A stretch of DNA of 64,000 nucleotides, taken from Vicinamibacterales bacterium. Lineage in GTDB: Bacteria > Acidobacteriota > Vicinamibacteria > Vicinamibacterales > UBA8438. A model generated the notes under the pieces. That model was given only the letters and a program-made list of their open reading frames with translations. It made no database searches and was not told the DNA's origin. Below, in pieces: positions 61,691-64,000 of this stretch (position 1 is its first letter; each line of letters begins with the position of its first letter). The DNA is taken from the NCBI GenBank assembly GCA_965207665.1, contig CBDBMV010000002.1, forward strand, positions 3,527,335-3,591,334, in the 5' to 3' direction. The position numbers were made by a program, and so were the translations under genes.

Positions 61691-62758
61691 CTATTCGTCC
61701 CTGACGGTCCAGAAGGCGATGCCGCTGGCCTGCTTGCCGATGTCCACCGCCCCCAGCCGCGCGGCCGTGCGCACGTCGTACACCTCGACGGTTCCCGGCT
61801 CGCTGCCGACCCCCTCGACGGTGACGAAGGCATAGGCCCCGTCCGGCGTCACGACCACGCCATGCGGAATGGTGCGCGTCGTGGGCACGCGCGCGCGTTC
61901 CGTCCCGGTTTCGAGGTCCCAGAAACCGACCGCGTCGCCGCTCTTGTAGGTGGCGACGAGCGTCGCGCCGTCGGGGGTGACCGCCAGGTTGTACGGACCG
62001 GCGCCGGTCTCGAAAGTGCGCCTGACGCGCCACGCGCCGAGGTCGACCTCGAACACCGACGCCACGTTGTTGCCGGTGACGTAGACCACCCCGTCCCGCG
62101 TCGGCGCGGTGACCCACGTCGACTGGACGCCGTCGCCGAGCTGCAGGCGCCGGACGACCTCGAAACCGAGGGCGTCCAGCTCGACCAGCTCGCCGCCCAT
62201 CATGGTGACCGAGTAGTGGCGCGTCCCGTCCCGGCTTAGCCGCGACCCGTGCGGCATCACCCCCGTCTCCACGCGCGCCACCTCCTCCATCGTGTCGATC
62301 TCGACGGCGGAGACGGTGCCCGGCGCCGGCGGTCCGTGCAGGTCGAAGTTGGCGGCGAACAGCAGGCGCGTCGATGCCGCGATGTCCAGCGTCGCCGGAT
62401 ACATCCCGAGCGTGACGCCGGCCACCCACCCGTCGCTGCCCGTCGCGTACTTGTGCACGCTGCCGAACGGCGCGCCGTGCGCGATCGACACGTACCAATG
62501 GCGGCCGTCCGGGCCGACCGCGATGCCGTGCGGCCCTTCCGTCTCGGCCGGCAGGCGTCCCACGGCCACGCGGCGAACCACCTCCAGGCCGCGGGGACCG
62601 TAGCGCACGAGCGCCACCTCGTCTTCCGATTCCGCGCAGACGTAGACGTAGTAGCTGCGGGCGGGCGGGTCCGGACGCGCGCCGGCGGGCAGGGCGGCCA
62701 GCGCCGCAAGTCCGGCCGCGAGCGCGGCCGCACCGCGGAGGGCACCCCGGACGCGCAT
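61691..62758 (-). CDS. Secreted YncE/YVTN-type beta-propeller protein
   Basis: Signal peptide; repeated PHG/PYN...TPDG motifs; start ATG 62758. Confidence 0.82.
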   Translation of the reverse strand: MRVRGALRGAAALAAGLAALAALPAGARPDPPARSYYVYVCAESEDEVALVRYGPRGLEVVRRVAVGRLPAETEGPHGIAVGPDGRHWYVSIAHGAPFGSVHKYATGSDGWVAGVTLGMYPATLDIAASTRLLFAANFDLHGPPAPGTVSAVEIDTMEEVARVETGVMPHGSRLSRDGTRHYSVTMMGGELVELDALGFEVVRRLQLGDGVQSTWVTAPTRDGVVYVTGNNVASVFEVDLGAWRVRRTFETGAGPYNLAVTPDGATLVATYKSGDAVGFWDLETGTERARVPTTRTIPHGVVVTPDGAYAFVTVEGVGSEPGTVEVYDVRTAARLGAVDIGKQASGIAFWTVRDE

Positions 62759-62760
62759 CG

Positions 62761-64000
62761 CTATTGCGGCTCCCCGATAATCCGGCCGGGACCGTTCCGC
62801 GGCGCGAGGCGCACCGCCCACAGGCCGCTGTTCCAGTCCGTGAAGAATATGTGCCCCTTGTAGGGCTGCGCGCCCCATACGAACGGGGCGTTGGCCGTGA
62901 AGCCCTCCGGGTCGAACGGCAGGAAGCGGGCTATTTCGCGGCCCTGCGCGTACAGGTCGCCGAGCAGCTCGCCCGACACGTCGACGACGCGCAACCCGCC
63001 GTTGTAGTAGCCGACGTACAGCGTGTCGTCCTCGACCCAGAGATTGTGCGAGCCGGCCTCGGGCACCTGGTAGCGCGCCACCTCCCGGGGGTTGGCCCAG
63101 TCGGTCCAGTCGATGACGTGAATCCAGCCGGCGGCGACTATCGGCGTCCCGCCGCGGCCGCGGCTCAGGCCCGTGTACGGAAACGCCTCGTCGCCGGCGA
63201 ACAGGTAGCGCTTGCCTGTGGACGGGCTCGTGTACGGGAACGCCGCGTGGTTCCAGCCGCTGGGATAGGCGTAGCGCCCGAGCTCCACCGGCCGCTCGGG
63301 CGTTCCGCCGCGGCCGCCGCCGCCGACGTCGACCGCGACCACGCCGTCGGTCCAGTTGGACGAGAAGGCGATGCCGTCGCTGACCCAGACGTCGTGAATG
63401 CTGTGCCCGAGCGTATCCATCTCGAACTGACCGACGCGCCGCGGGTTGCTCGGATCCTCGATGTTGATGACGTCGTAGCGCCGCCCGGCGCTCAGCGCGT
63501 ACACGTGGCCCTCGGAAATGAACAGGTTGTGGACGCCGCCGGTCAGCGACTCCGTGTACTCAGCCAGCACCGGGACGCCCTCGCGCGGGTTGCCCACGCC
63601 GAGGATGACGATGCCGTTGCGGCGGTCGGACGCCCCTTCGCGGCTGATGACGGCAATGTCTCCTTCCTCCGAGACCTTGACGTCGTTCACGGTCCGGGCG
63701 TCGACCTGCACCTCGCGCACCTTGCGGATGTCGGACGGGTCGGTCACGTCCCAGATGTAGCTGGAGCCGTCCGAGCCCCACGTCCCCGTGATCGCGTAGT
63801 CGCGCCCGTCCGTGCCCTCCCAGACCCACAGGTCCGACGTGCGGCGGTCACGGACGGGGGCCCGGCCAACCAGCTCCACCTCCCGGCGGACATCCCGGCG
63901 GCGGACGCTGACGGTCCGCCGCGCAACGTGCGCCCCGGCGGTCGCCACCACGGTGAAGGTCCCGGAACGCTCCGCCACGAAGCGCCCCTCGCTGGTGATC
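62761..64000 (-). CDS. LVIVD-repeat-like beta-propeller protein (5' end outside window)
   Basis: Repeats IWDVTDP, VINIEDP, VIDWTDW, LRVVDVS with HNL/HDV motifs. Confidence 0.75.
   Translation of the reverse strand, partial: ITSEGRFVAERSGTFTVVATAGAHVARRTVSVRRRDVRREVELVGRAPVRDRRTSDLWVWEGTDGRDYAITGTWGSDGSSYIWDVTDPSDIRKVREVQVDARTVNDVKVSEEGDIAVISREGASDRRNGIVILGVGNPREGVPVLAEYTESLTGGVHNLFISEGHVYALSAGRRYDVINIEDPSNPRRVGQFEMDTLGHSIHDVWVSDGIAFSSNWTDGVVAVDVGGGGRGGTPERPVELGRYAYPSGWNHAAFPYTSPSTGKRYLFAGDEAFPYTGLSRGRGGTPIVAAGWIHVIDWTDWANPREVARYQVPEAGSHNLWVEDDTLYVGYYNGGLRVVDVSGELLGDLYAQGREIARFLPFDPEGFTANAPFVWGAQPYKGHIFFTDWNSGLWAVRLAPRNGPGRIIGEPQ

Overview
High-GC (~70% by eye) chromosome segment from a diderm bacterium. 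Gene style (LPS genes, many secreted PQQ/beta-propeller proteins, System I*-type ccm cluster) suggests Acidobacteriota, but that is inference. About 6.5-64 kb is mostly housekeeping and accessory genes: a lexA-imuA-imuB-dnaE2 mutagenesis cassette, VapBC and AbiE toxin-antitoxin modules, lpxD, waaF, RNase P RNA, ligA, metG, dapF, aroA/aroK, a cytochrome c maturation operon and a thiolase. The most striking structure is at the left end. A perfect 78-bp inverted repeat (382-459 / 6286-6363) brackets a ~6-kb segment carrying an intact P4-type tyrosine recombinase, an IS21-like end with a Cys-rich ORF, and two tandem paralogous surface proteins with conserved termini and IPTL-CTERM-like sorting tails. 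This is a candidate invertible, phase-variable surface-protein locus. Other points of note are a candidate LexA operator, a Ser/Ser DapF, a secreted triple-Rid protein and many apparently leaderless genes. All calls come from motif recognition by eye; no searches were run.
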